Shown: positions 29,765 through 38,736 of the stretch, in pieces
Numbering within the stretch: position 1 is the stretch's first letter
Layout: each line of letters starts with the position of its first letter
Source of the DNA: a virus
Direction: 5' to 3' (one strand)
Virus record (IMG/VR): IMGVR_UViG_3300021961_008712
Span: 64,001-128,000 of that record
DNA length: 64,000 bases
Notes under the pieces: model-generated
Told to the model about the DNA's origin: nothing
The model's input: the letters and a program-made list of their open reading frames with translations, nothing else
The model's database searches: none
Program-made: the position numbers and the translations under genes

Positions 29765-30789
29765 TGGACTATAAAAATATACTTAACAATCTTAAAGAAA
29801 CCCCACCGAGAGCATTAAATGACCATATACTGGTAGTAGATGGAATGAACACCTTGATTAGGTCGTTTTCACTGCTCAAAGCGATGAATCCCACAGGTAC
29901 GCATATCGGAGGCCTCGTGGGGTTCCTTCGCTCTTTAGGGTATATGACACGTATTTTTGATCCAACAAGAGTACTTATAATTTGGGACGGAAAAGGAGGC
30001 TCTGGAAACAGACAGAATATAAATCCCGAATATAAAGCTCAAAGGGCAAATGCACGTATTACTCACTGGGGATTATACGATACCAAGGAAGAAGAAACCG
30101 AAGCACTTATCGGTCAGTTATTTAGAGTACAGGATTATCTAGAATGCCTTCCAGTACAGCAGATAGTGATGGATAAGCTTGAAGCAGATGATATAATTGC
30201 CTATATAGCTTTGAGAGCATCAAAAGCCGGCAAAAAGATAACCATAGCTTCTTCAGATAAAGACTTCTTACAATTAGTAGATGAGAATATTCAAGTATAT
30301 GCACCTGTCAAGAAACACGTATATACAAATGCCAACGTAGTTAGTGAGATAGGAGTACATCCTAAAAATTATAATATAGTCAAAGCACTCCTCGGTGATA
30401 GTTCAGACAATTTACCTGGTGTAAAAGGACTAGGAATAAAAACCATATTATCGGAATGGAGCAGTTTTATATACGATCCTAATGCATCACTACAAGACAT
30501 CTGGGACCACTGTGAGACACAGCTAGACACAGAGAAACCCAAGAAAATCTTTGCTAAGATACTACACGATTGGGATAAAATAACAACTAATTTTAAAATG
30601 ATGGATTTACATGATTCTGTTCTTGACGAAGGTGAAATTCAACTTATAGAAGAAGTACTAAGACACCCAGTACCTGCATTACAGACTGGAGCTTTTCTAC
30701 ATTTATTGGATCAAGATAAAATAGAAGGTGTTACTAAAAATACAGATGGCTGGTTAGAAAATTTTAGAGGGTTAACAACAGTGGTATGA
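29764..30789 (+). CDS. 5'-3' exonuclease / RNase H-like flap endonuclease
   Basis: VVDGMN, WDGKGG, EYKAQR, EADDII, SSDKDFLQL, GDSSDNLPGVKGLGIKT. Confidence 0.9.
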   Translation: MDYKNILNNLKETPPRALNDHILVVDGMNTLIRSFSLLKAMNPTGTHIGGLVGFLRSLGYMTRIFDPTRVLIIWDGKGGSGNRQNINPEYKAQRANARITHWGLYDTKEEETEALIGQLFRVQDYLECLPVQQIVMDKLEADDIIAYIALRASKAGKKITIASSDKDFLQLVDENIQVYAPVKKHVYTNANVVSEIGVHPKNYNIVKALLGDSSDNLPGVKGLGIKTILSEWSSFIYDPNASLQDIWDHCETQLDTEKPKKIFAKILHDWDKITTNFKMMDLHDSVLDEGEIQLIEEVLRHPVPALQTGAFLHLLDQDKIEGVTKNTDGWLENFRGLTTVV

Positions 30790-31202
30790 TTAAAGGAGTT
30801 ATAGCAGGAAATTTTGACGTAATACACCCAGGATATATTGACATGTTTAAACAGATGAAGAATAAATGTTCCTGTTTAATAGTTTTACTGCATACCGATC
30901 CTTCAATTGAACGGCCTCATAAGTTAAAACCTATTCTTTCAGTACAAGAAAGAAAAGATATTCTACTATCATTAAAGTATGTAGACGATGTACTGTGTTA
31001 CACTTATGAAGAGCAGTTGTACGATTTACTTAAAGTAGGAGATTTTGATATAAGGTTTTTAGGAGATGACTATATTAATAAACCATTCACTGGTGATGAT
31101 TTACGACTACCTATTCACTACTTGGATAGAAGTCATGGATGGTCAACAACTAAGTATAAAAAATTAATTGCAGAAAGTTATGAAAAAATTAGTAATAGTT
31201 AG
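30786..31202 (+). CDS. Cytidylyltransferase-like (TagD-like) nucleotidyltransferase
   Basis: GNFDVIHPGY, GDDY, RSHGWSTT. Confidence 0.75.
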   Translation: MIKGVIAGNFDVIHPGYIDMFKQMKNKCSCLIVLLHTDPSIERPHKLKPILSVQERKDILLSLKYVDDVLCYTYEEQLYDLLKVGDFDIRFLGDDYINKPFTGDDLRLPIHYLDRSHGWSTTKYKKLIAESYEKISNS

Positions 31203-31602
31203 CGGGTACTTCAACCCTCTTCATAAAGGTCATTTAGATTTATTTGAAAAAGCTAAAGAACATGGAGACTTACTATGTGTGATTGTAAATAACGATCATC
31301 AAAGAGAGTTAAAGGGTTCAAAGTTTTTTCAAGATGAAAATGAACGAATACGAATTATTAGAGCACTTAAAGACGTAGATATGGCTTGGATATCTGTCGA
31401 TGAAGATAGAACACAGAATAAAACCTTAAAAGTGTTAGCTGGTAAATTTTACGACACCTTAAAGCTTGCCTTTGCCAACGGCGGAGATCAGAACAACGAC
31501 ACTATCCCGGAAAGTGAAATCTGTAAGCAGTTTGGTATAGAACTAATTGACGGATTAGGAGAAAAAATACAATCAAGCAGTTGGTTATTAGGGGAAAAAT
31601 AG
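31180..31602 (+). CDS. Cytidylyl/adenylyltransferase-like protein (HxGH family)
   Basis: Likely start is ATG 31180; SGYFNPLHKGH, FANGGD, KIQSSS. Confidence 0.75.
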   Translation: MKKLVIVSGYFNPLHKGHLDLFEKAKEHGDLLCVIVNNDHQRELKGSKFFQDENERIRIIRALKDVDMAWISVDEDRTQNKTLKVLAGKFYDTLKLAFANGGDQNNDTIPESEICKQFGIELIDGLGEKIQSSSWLLGEK

Positions 31603-31610
31603 CTATATTA
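31581..31610 (+). promoter_or_regulatory. Promoter TTG-N20-TATATTA
   Basis: Conserved motif upstream of the helicase gene. Confidence 0.55.
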
Positions 31611-31641
31611 AACATAAGATAAGATACACTAAAAGGTTATT

Positions 31642-32985
31642 ATGACATTAAAAAGTTTGCAGCAATACGGTAAAGGATTCCAACTAAAGGTACTTGGTTC
31701 TTTACTTACAGATAAAAAGTTTTTACTTAATGTTAGAGACGTACTTTATGACCATTACTTCGACGCAGATTCACATAAGTGGATTGTAGGACAGATTATA
31801 AACTACTTTGATAAATACCATACTAATATTACTATGGATGTTCTTAAAGTAGAACTTCAAAAAGTAGAAAATGAAGTATTAGTAGTCGCACTAAAAGAAG
31901 AACTTAGAAACTCTTATCAAGCATCACAAGACGACCTAGAATATGTACAAGAGGAATTTCTAGGCTTCTGTAAAAATCAAGAAATGAAACAAGCTATTCT
32001 TGCTTCAGCGGACCTACTAAAAGAAGGAGACTTTGATGGTATTCGTAATATGGTAGAAAAAGCCATGAAGGCCGGAATGGATAAAAATATTGGACATGAA
32101 TATAATAAAGATATTGAAACTCGCTACAGAGTTGATTACCGTCCTACTATTCCTTCCCCTTGGCCTATTCTTAATGACGGTATTCAGGGAGGTTTCGGAC
32201 CTGGTGACCTGGCTATTGTTTTTGGGAACCCTGGTGGCGGTAAATCGTGGACTTGTGTTGCTATTGCTGCTCATGCTGTTGCTCTCGGGTATAAAGTTAA
32301 TTACTATACGCTCGAGCTCGGAGAGGACTATGTGGGTAAGAGATTTGACTGCTACTTTACAGGGCACTCTATTGATGAAGTTAATAAACATCGCGGTCAA
32401 GTCCAAACGTACATCGAAGGATTAAAGGGTAAACTCATTGTTAAAGAGTACGCTCCTAAGAATGCTACAGTTGGAACTATCAGATCCCACATACAGAAGT
32501 GTATAGATATGGATCATAAGCCAGATATAGTTATTATAGATTACGTAGATTACTTAAGAGCACCTTCGAAAAGTAAATATGCAGAACGAAAAGATGAAAT
32601 AGATGACGTTTTTATTGCCACTAAAGGTCTTGCTAAAGAACTTAAGATACCTATTATTACACCTTCTCAAGTTAACCGTATGGGGGCTAAAGATAATGTT
32701 ATTGAAGGTGATAAGGCTGCTGGTTCTTACGATAAAATGATGGTTGCAGATATCTGTCTATCATTATCTCGTCAGAAAGAAGATAAGGTACTAGGTACCG
32801 GTAGAATTCACGTTATGAAAAATAGATATGGTCAAGATGGCATGACATATAATATTAAGATGGATACTAATAACGGACATATAGAGTTCATAGATAGAGC
32901 ATCTGGTGCAGAATTAGAAAACAGGTCAGATAATAATTTTACCTTTGACAGACAGACAGTTAACAAAATTTTTGAAAAAATCTAA
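31642..32985 (+). CDS. dnaB: Replicative DnaB-like helicase
   Basis: GNPGGGKS, YTLEL, IIDYVD, PSQVNR, KNRYG. Confidence 0.9.
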   Translation: MTLKSLQQYGKGFQLKVLGSLLTDKKFLLNVRDVLYDHYFDADSHKWIVGQIINYFDKYHTNITMDVLKVELQKVENEVLVVALKEELRNSYQASQDDLEYVQEEFLGFCKNQEMKQAILASADLLKEGDFDGIRNMVEKAMKAGMDKNIGHEYNKDIETRYRVDYRPTIPSPWPILNDGIQGGFGPGDLAIVFGNPGGGKSWTCVAIAAHAVALGYKVNYYTLELGEDYVGKRFDCYFTGHSIDEVNKHRGQVQTYIEGLKGKLIVKEYAPKNATVGTIRSHIQKCIDMDHKPDIVIIDYVDYLRAPSKSKYAERKDEIDDVFIATKGLAKELKIPIITPSQVNRMGAKDNVIEGDKAAGSYDKMMVADICLSLSRQKEDKVLGTGRIHVMKNRYGQDGMTYNIKMDTNNGHIEFIDRASGAELENRSDNNFTFDRQTVNKIFEKI

Positions 32986-33031
32986 GTAAAAATCGGGACG
33001 AAACTAGAATATATATTATATTTATATTCAC

Positions 33032-33062
33032 GTCCCCGAGGTCACACCAAGGGGACATTTTT
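33032..33062 (+). promoter_or_regulatory. GC-rich hairpin plus T tract in the nrdB leader
   Basis: GTCCCC...GGGGAC stem with inner GGT/ACC, followed by ATTTTTG. Confidence 0.45.
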
Positions 33063-33093
33063 GTCTTATCAACCACCAAATATATAAAGATAT

Positions 33094-34071
33094 ATGAGTT
33101 TATTAGAAGAACGGATTGTTTATAAGCCCTTTGAATACCCTAAAGCATACGATTACTGGTTGAAACAACAACAAGCGCATTGGCTTCACACAGAAGTACC
33201 TATGGCTCAAGATGTTACTGATTGGAAGGGTAATTTAAAAGATCACGAAAAAAATGTAGTGGGAGGAATCTTAAAAGGATTTGCTCAAACAGAAACTATC
33301 GTTAACGATTACTGGTCTACCCTTGTAACTAAGTGGTTTAGAAAACCAGAAATTATTATGATGGGAACTACTTTAGGTTCTTCTGAAACAATTCATGCCG
33401 AAGCGTATTCTTTACTTAATGAGCAGTTAGGTTTAGACAACTTTGCTGAGTTCTTAGAAGATGAGACTACAATGGCAAAGATTGAATCGTTGATGAATGT
33501 TAGAGACGGACATGACGGCACTCCTAACTGGCATGATAGAGCTAAATCTCTTGCAATTTTTTCTGCGTTTACAGAAGGAGTAAATTTATTCTCTTCTTTT
33601 GCAGTTCTTTTATCATTTAAGATGAGAAACATGCTAAAAGGAGTTGGCCAGATTGTAGAATGGTCTGTAAGAGACGAATCTTTACATTCAGAGGCCGGTT
33701 GTTGGTTATTTAGAACCTTAATGCAAGAACATCCTGAGTTTAAAACACCAGAATTAATTGCAGATATTGAAGAAGCAGCTAAAAATGCTTTACAGCTTGA
33801 ATTTGACTTTATTGATAAAGTATTTGAAATGGGTGATCTAGAAAACTTAAGTAAGGATGAGCTCAAAAACTTTATTAAACATAGAGTCAACACTAAGATG
33901 AGTGATTTAGGTTTAAAACCTATTATCCCAGCATCTGAAATCGATAAAGGTGCGTTAAAAACTATGAAATGGTTTGATGCAGTGATTGCAGGTAAACAGC
34001 AAACAGATTTCTTTGCAAACAGAGTGACTAACTATGCAAAAGGTCATATGGACTGGTCTAAGGCGTTTTAA
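33094..34071 (+). CDS. nrdB: Ribonucleotide reductase class I beta subunit
   Basis: YKPFEYP, ETIHAEAYS, EGVNLFSSF, RDESLH, DFFANRVTNY. Confidence 0.95.
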   Translation: MSLLEERIVYKPFEYPKAYDYWLKQQQAHWLHTEVPMAQDVTDWKGNLKDHEKNVVGGILKGFAQTETIVNDYWSTLVTKWFRKPEIIMMGTTLGSSETIHAEAYSLLNEQLGLDNFAEFLEDETTMAKIESLMNVRDGHDGTPNWHDRAKSLAIFSAFTEGVNLFSSFAVLLSFKMRNMLKGVGQIVEWSVRDESLHSEAGCWLFRTLMQEHPEFKTPELIADIEEAAKNALQLEFDFIDKVFEMGDLENLSKDELKNFIKHRVNTKMSDLGLKPIIPASEIDKGALKTMKWFDAVIAGKQQTDFFANRVTNYAKGHMDWSKAF

Positions 34072-34080
34072 TTTTAATTT

Positions 34081-35796
34081 ATGACATTAATGGTAGATAC
34101 CTCAACTTGGGAGGCAGGAAAAGATTATCCAGAATGGATGAACGAAGTTTCATTAGCAACTATCTCTAAAGGATATTTGTTACCTGGAGAAACTCCCCGT
34201 ACAGCATACAGACGTGTAGCAGAAACAGTAGCAAAAAGACTTGATCGACCTGACCTAGCTAATAAATTTTGGCGTTATATGTGGAAGGGTTGGTTGAACT
34301 TAGCCTCACCCGTTTTATCAAACACCGGTACAGATAAAGGATTACCTATCTCTTGTTTCGGTATTGATACTCCTGATTCTATTAGAGGAATTGGCCTTAC
34401 TAACGCTGAGTTAATGAGGCTAACTTCCTTAGGAGGTGGTGTAGGTATTGGACTTTCCAAAATTAGAGGAAGAGGGCAGAAAATTGGCAATGGAGATATT
34501 GGTCAATCTGAAGGAGTAATTCCTTGGGCTAAGATATACGACTCTACTATTATTGCAACTAACCAAGGCGCAGTTCGTAGAGGAGCAGCATCTGTTAACC
34601 TTGATATAGAACACCCAGATATTGAGGAATTCTTACAAATCAGAAGACCTAAAGGAGATCCTAACAGACAGTGTCTCAATCTACACCAATGTGTTACAAT
34701 TGGAGATGACTTTATGCGTAGGTTAGAAATGAGAGACCCTGATGCAATGCAGTTATGGGTAGAAATACTTAAATCTAGAGTAGAGACAGGTGAACCGTAT
34801 ATTATGTATAAGGACACTGTTAATAACGCTAATCCACCTGCATATAAAAGAAATAACCTAGAAGTATCTATGACAAATATCTGTTCTGAGATTACCCTCT
34901 TTACAGATGAAGAACACTCATTTATTTGCTGCTTATCCTCAGTCAACTTAACGAAATGGCATGAATGGAAAAATACAGATCTCATTGAGACAGCGATTTA
35001 TTTTCTTGACGGAGTATTAGAAGAATTTTTAGCTAAAACATCCGGTAGAGATTCGCTAATTAGAGCTCATAGATCTGCTAAAAAAGGAAGAGCGATTGGA
35101 TTAGGTGTTTTAGGATGGCATACATTCCTGCAGAATGAAAGAATACCTTTTACTTCTATTGCTGCTACTTCCTATACTCATCAGATATTTTCTGACATTA
35201 AAAATAAAGCAGAAGCTGCTTCTAGAAAATTAGCAGAAGAATACGGAGAACCAGTATGGTGCAAAGGAACTGGTATGAGAAACTCACATTTGATTGCAGT
35301 TGCTCCTACCGTTACTAACAGTACGATTGCCGGAGGAGTATCAGCTGGTATAGAACCGCTACCCGCAAACGTCTGGACGTTTAATTCCGCTAAAGGTACG
35401 TTTATTCGTAAGAATGAAGCATTAGTTAATTACCTAGAAGAAAGAGGAGCAAATACTGAAGAGGTATGGGATCAGATTATGAAGGATAGAGGATCTATTG
35501 CTAATTTACCCGAAGATGTTATGCCAGCAGAAGATAAACCCATCTTTTTAACATTTGCAGAAATTAATCAACTAGAATTAGTAAAGCAAGCTGGTATTAG
35601 ACAGCAGTATATTGATCAAACTCAATCATTAAACTTGGCTTTTGATCCAACAGATAGTCCTAAGTTTATTAACGAGGTACATCAAGCAGCTTGGAGAGAA
35701 GGAGTAAAGACTCTATATTATTTAAGAACAGATTCTGTAATTAATGGAGATATAGGTAGTAGAACATCTACTGATTGCTTAAGTTGTGATGGATAA
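34081..35796 (+). CDS. nrdA: Ribonucleotide reductase class I alpha subunit (short, no ATP cone)
   Basis: PISCF, TNICSEI, CCLSS, APT, DQTQSLN, KTLYY, C-terminal CLSC. Confidence 0.95.
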   Translation: MTLMVDTSTWEAGKDYPEWMNEVSLATISKGYLLPGETPRTAYRRVAETVAKRLDRPDLANKFWRYMWKGWLNLASPVLSNTGTDKGLPISCFGIDTPDSIRGIGLTNAELMRLTSLGGGVGIGLSKIRGRGQKIGNGDIGQSEGVIPWAKIYDSTIIATNQGAVRRGAASVNLDIEHPDIEEFLQIRRPKGDPNRQCLNLHQCVTIGDDFMRRLEMRDPDAMQLWVEILKSRVETGEPYIMYKDTVNNANPPAYKRNNLEVSMTNICSEITLFTDEEHSFICCLSSVNLTKWHEWKNTDLIETAIYFLDGVLEEFLAKTSGRDSLIRAHRSAKKGRAIGLGVLGWHTFLQNERIPFTSIAATSYTHQIFSDIKNKAEAASRKLAEEYGEPVWCKGTGMRNSHLIAVAPTVTNSTIAGGVSAGIEPLPANVWTFNSAKGTFIRKNEALVNYLEERGANTEEVWDQIMKDRGSIANLPEDVMPAEDKPIFLTFAEINQLELVKQAGIRQQYIDQTQSLNLAFDPTDSPKFINEVHQAAWREGVKTLYYLRTDSVINGDIGSRTSTDCLSCDG

Positions 35797-35809
35797 CTAT
35801 TTATTATAA

Positions 35810-36331
35810 ATGAAAACAGTTAGAATTAAAAATACCGTCAATTCAGCAGACATGGTTACTCTGCAGATATACCATAGTAGCATTACAGGTAGTAATCTAC
35901 TAACTAGTAGTGTGTCTCAAAGCGGGGTATTTACTGGACAGGATTTATTTAATGGACTGGAGTTTCAAGTAGAAGACAGTATTGATCAATTTTTTGTTAA
36001 GAATCTAACCAGATGTACTAATGTTGGTTCAGGATCACTTTCTGAAAATAGTAATTATGTAGCATATTACACTGTAGACCCAGGTTCTAACGCATCAGTA
36101 CAAATTACAGGAGAAGATTCTAGAACTAGGTCAAGTATTTCTACTACCAGACATAATTTTAGCCTTTATCCTACTCTTACTTTAGAAAGTTTACCAACCT
36201 ACCCGTATGAGTTCGCCGGTTGGTATAATAATTCTAGCTACACTGGAACAAGATTATCCAATTCTAACCCAGTTTCTATCACTTCAGGAAGTTTTAGCGG
36301 GGAAACAAACTGGTATGCAAAAATAGAATAA
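35810..36331 (+). CDS. Hypothetical Ser/Thr-rich beta-strand protein (possible virion decoration)
   Basis: After a TATTTAT motif; YEFAGWYN resembles an InlB B-repeat-type segment. Confidence 0.45.
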   Translation: MKTVRIKNTVNSADMVTLQIYHSSITGSNLLTSSVSQSGVFTGQDLFNGLEFQVEDSIDQFFVKNLTRCTNVGSGSLSENSNYVAYYTVDPGSNASVQITGEDSRTRSSISTTRHNFSLYPTLTLESLPTYPYEFAGWYNNSSYTGTRLSNSNPVSITSGSFSGETNWYAKIE

Positions 36332-36334
36332 TAG

Positions 36335-36364
36335 TTGCTATTCAGTAAATAAATTCGTATATTA
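36335..36364 (+). promoter_or_regulatory. Promoter TTG-N20-TATATTA
   Basis: Conserved motif; would drive the small ORF-trx-hypothetical-queC run. Confidence 0.6.
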
Positions 36365-36384
36365 TTAATTAATAATACAGTTAT

Positions 36385-36552
36385 ATGTCAAAAAATTCAG
36401 CTAAACAAAATGTAGAGCAATTAAAAGACTGGTTAGCATGGAGAAAAGCTACCACCAATACTAGCTCTAAATCTACTACTAATTCTGTTAGATTTTCTAA
36501 GGCAGATCATTACAACAAAACAAGAGAAAGATATGGCAACAAAAGCAATTAA
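36385..36552 (+). CDS. Small hypothetical protein (55 aa, below the ORF-track cutoff)
   Basis: MSKNSAKQNVEQLKDWLAWRK...YGNKSN*, directly after a promoter and overlapping the trx start. Confidence 0.5.
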   Translation: MSKNSAKQNVEQLKDWLAWRKATTNTSSKSTTNSVRFSKADHYNKTRERYGNKSN

Positions 36553-36799
36553 GTTTTATGCAGAATGGTGTCAACCATGTAGAAACTACGCTCCTATGTG
36601 GAATAGAGTTACTGAAGAGCTTGCAGATAAAGATATTCGATTTTTAAATGTAGATATCGATAAAGATCATGCTGGATTGGCAGCTAAATATAAAGTGATG
36701 AGCATACCTACTACTATTGTAGTAAAAGAAGATGGAACTGAAAAAAGAAAAACAGGATCACTATCAGAACTAGAACTTAAAGAATTAATCTTATTTTAA
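36533..36799 (+). CDS. Thioredoxin
   Basis: FYAEWCQPC and SIPT motifs. Confidence 0.9.
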   Translation: MATKAIKFYAEWCQPCRNYAPMWNRVTEELADKDIRFLNVDIDKDHAGLAAKYKVMSIPTTIVVKEDGTEKRKTGSLSELELKELILF

Positions 36800-36800
36800 T

Positions 36801-37112
36801 ATGTTACGAAAACCAAACTCAATTCCTGCAAAGGATGTTATTATTAAAGATCCGGCAATGGAACCGTTTTTTATCTCTAGATCTCAAACCGGAGGTTATA
36901 CTGTATTTGAAAATGTTATTAAAGGAGAAAATAATACTGAATATATTAAAACAGTATGTTATCCTTCTAACTTTTCTAATGCATTGAAAGCTGTAGCAAG
37001 AGAGCTACTCAACTACAGTACAGGAAAAGAACAGACAGAGTATACTTTAAAAGAGTATGCAACTAGATGGGAAGAGGTAAATAACTCTATAGCATCTATT
37101 TTTGAACAATAG
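36801..37112 (+). CDS. Hypothetical protein
   Basis: 103-aa ORF tightly packed in the operon. Confidence 0.6.
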   Translation: MLRKPNSIPAKDVIIKDPAMEPFFISRSQTGGYTVFENVIKGENNTEYIKTVCYPSNFSNALKAVARELLNYSTGKEQTEYTLKEYATRWEEVNNSIASIFEQ

Positions 37113-37145
37113 CGTCAGCCTATACGCTTAATAATACCTGGCAAA
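37111..37145 (+). ncRNA. Candidate cis-regulatory H-type pseudoknot in the queC leader
   Basis: AGCGT-CAGCCTAT-ACGCT stem-loop, A-rich linker, then GGC able to pair with the loop GCC. Confidence 0.4.
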
Positions 37146-37163
37146 TATTTAAATTATAAAATT

Positions 37164-37973
37164 ATGGCAAAAAATGTTGTTGTAAGTCTTTCTGGAGGGA
37201 TGGACTCCTCTACTTTACTACTTAGATGTTTATCTGAGTACGACAATGTAACAGCTTTATCTTTTGATTACGGTCAAAAGCATAGAGTAGAACTTGAAAG
37301 AGCTCAATCTTTAGTAGATTATCTAAATGATAATGTCTATTTTAGAAACGGTGATCAGATTAAGTATCAGGTTATTAAATTAGACGGGTTAGTAAATCTT
37401 CTTAACTCTGCTTTAGTAACCGGAGGTGCTGATGTACCAGAAGGACATTATGAGCAAGATAATATGAAAGCTACAGTAGTACCTAACAGAAACAAAATAT
37501 TTGCTTCTTTAGTTCAAGCAGTTGCTTTATCAGCAGCTAATGCTAATGGAAACAATACAGATATTGCATTAGGTATTCATGCTGGTGATCATGCTATCTA
37601 CCCTGACTGCCGTCAAGAGTTTAGAGATGCAGATGATGCTGCTTTTAGAATAGGTAACTGGGATGCTGAAAAGGTAGGTTACTTTACACCTTATTTAGAA
37701 ACTGATAAGTTTGGTATTCTACAAGATGGTGAAAAATTATGTAAGGATTTACAAATAGAATTCGATGAAGTTTACAAACGTACGAATACTTCTTACAAAC
37801 CTTACCCTTCAGGTAACTCGGATTATAAATCTGCTTCTTCCGTAGAACGTATTGAAGCGTTCATTAAGTTAGGTAGAAAAGATCCAGTTCAGTATGAAGA
37901 TGAGACAGGACCTGTGTCTTGGGAAGTAGCTAAGGCTGCAGTTGAAAAGGTATTAACCGATTACGTAGCTTAA
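37164..37973 (+). CDS. queC: 7-cyano-7-deazaguanine (preQ0) synthase
   Basis: SLSGGMDS PP-loop, FDYGQKH..E, VVPNRN, YPDCR. Confidence 0.92.
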   Translation: MAKNVVVSLSGGMDSSTLLLRCLSEYDNVTALSFDYGQKHRVELERAQSLVDYLNDNVYFRNGDQIKYQVIKLDGLVNLLNSALVTGGADVPEGHYEQDNMKATVVPNRNKIFASLVQAVALSAANANGNNTDIALGIHAGDHAIYPDCRQEFRDADDAAFRIGNWDAEKVGYFTPYLETDKFGILQDGEKLCKDLQIEFDEVYKRTNTSYKPYPSGNSDYKSASSVERIEAFIKLGRKDPVQYEDETGPVSWEVAKAAVEKVLTDYVA

Positions 37974-37979
37974 ATTATA

Positions 37980-38049
37980 GATCCAATTAGGTTGTGCATG
38001 CAATTAGCTCCTCAACCTCTTGCACTTGCAGATGTAAAGTGATTGGATC
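37980..38049 (+). ncRNA. Candidate structured RNA (three-way junction) immediately upstream of the tRNA
   Basis: Closing stem GATCCAATT/GATTGGATC, with inner stems GGTTG/CAACC and TTGCA/TGTAA. Confidence 0.4.
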
Positions 38050-38053
38050 AAAC

Positions 38054-38127
38054 GCCTCCGTAGCTCAGTTGGCTAGAGCAGCTGATTTGTAATCAGCAGG
38101 TCGTGGGTTCGAATCCCTCTGGAGGCT
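38054..38127 (+). tRNA. tRNA-Thr(UGU)
   Basis: Acceptor GCCTCCG/TGGAGGC, D-arm GCTC..GAGC, anticodon arm GCTGA-TTTGTAA-TCAGC, T loop GTTCGAATC; CCA not encoded. Confidence 0.95.
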
Positions 38128-38142
38128 CAAAGAGTAAAATAT

Positions 38143-38736
38143 ATGGGAGTCTATATTGTTGCATTACCGAGAACAGGGTCCACCATGCTCACCAAAGCTT
38201 TTGGTGCACAGCACGGGTGGAAGATTTACGCTGAACCTTGGAATCCATCATCTTTTGAATCCTATAATACTTTTAGCTTAAAAGAGGTACATAAAGACAG
38301 TCCTATTGTAGTGAAAACAATGATTGATGCTGTACCAGAATCTCATAAAGGTCCTGCTTATACCTTTCATGTTGAGATGGCTAAATACTTTGATAAGGTA
38401 ATACTTCTAGATAGATTTAATACACAACTACAAATAGAGAGTCTGCTATATGCTAAAAAGACAGATGAATGGCATAAAAAATATACTGTTAAAACCCAAT
38501 CTGTAGAAGAACTGCAAGGACTGAGAAGTTATGTTGAAAAACAAAAAGCACAACTAGAATGTTTATCTGTTGAATTAAATAATAATATTATATACTACGA
38601 GGATTTGTACTCTGGAGACTCTAGTACTAAAGACTCAATATTAGAAAGTTGGGGTCTGGTTAGTCAGAAAGCAAGACCATTTTTTGACCCTAAGTATAAA
38701 TATAGACAACGTAATACCGAGCAGATACTGTTATGA
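38143..38736 (+). CDS. Sulfotransferase-like P-loop protein
   Basis: ALPRTGSTML PAPS-binding-like motif, EP, IYYEDL. Confidence 0.65.
   Translation: MGVYIVALPRTGSTMLTKAFGAQHGWKIYAEPWNPSSFESYNTFSLKEVHKDSPIVVKTMIDAVPESHKGPAYTFHVEMAKYFDKVILLDRFNTQLQIESLLYAKKTDEWHKKYTVKTQSVEELQGLRSYVEKQKAQLECLSVELNNNIIYYEDLYSGDSSTKDSILESWGLVSQKARPFFDPKYKYRQRNTEQILL

Noticed and set aside
37980-38049. Purine riboswitch or second tRNA
   Set aside because: It lacks the conserved junction nucleotides of purine aptamers and the D/T-loop motifs of tRNA, so it is kept only as an unclassified structured RNA.
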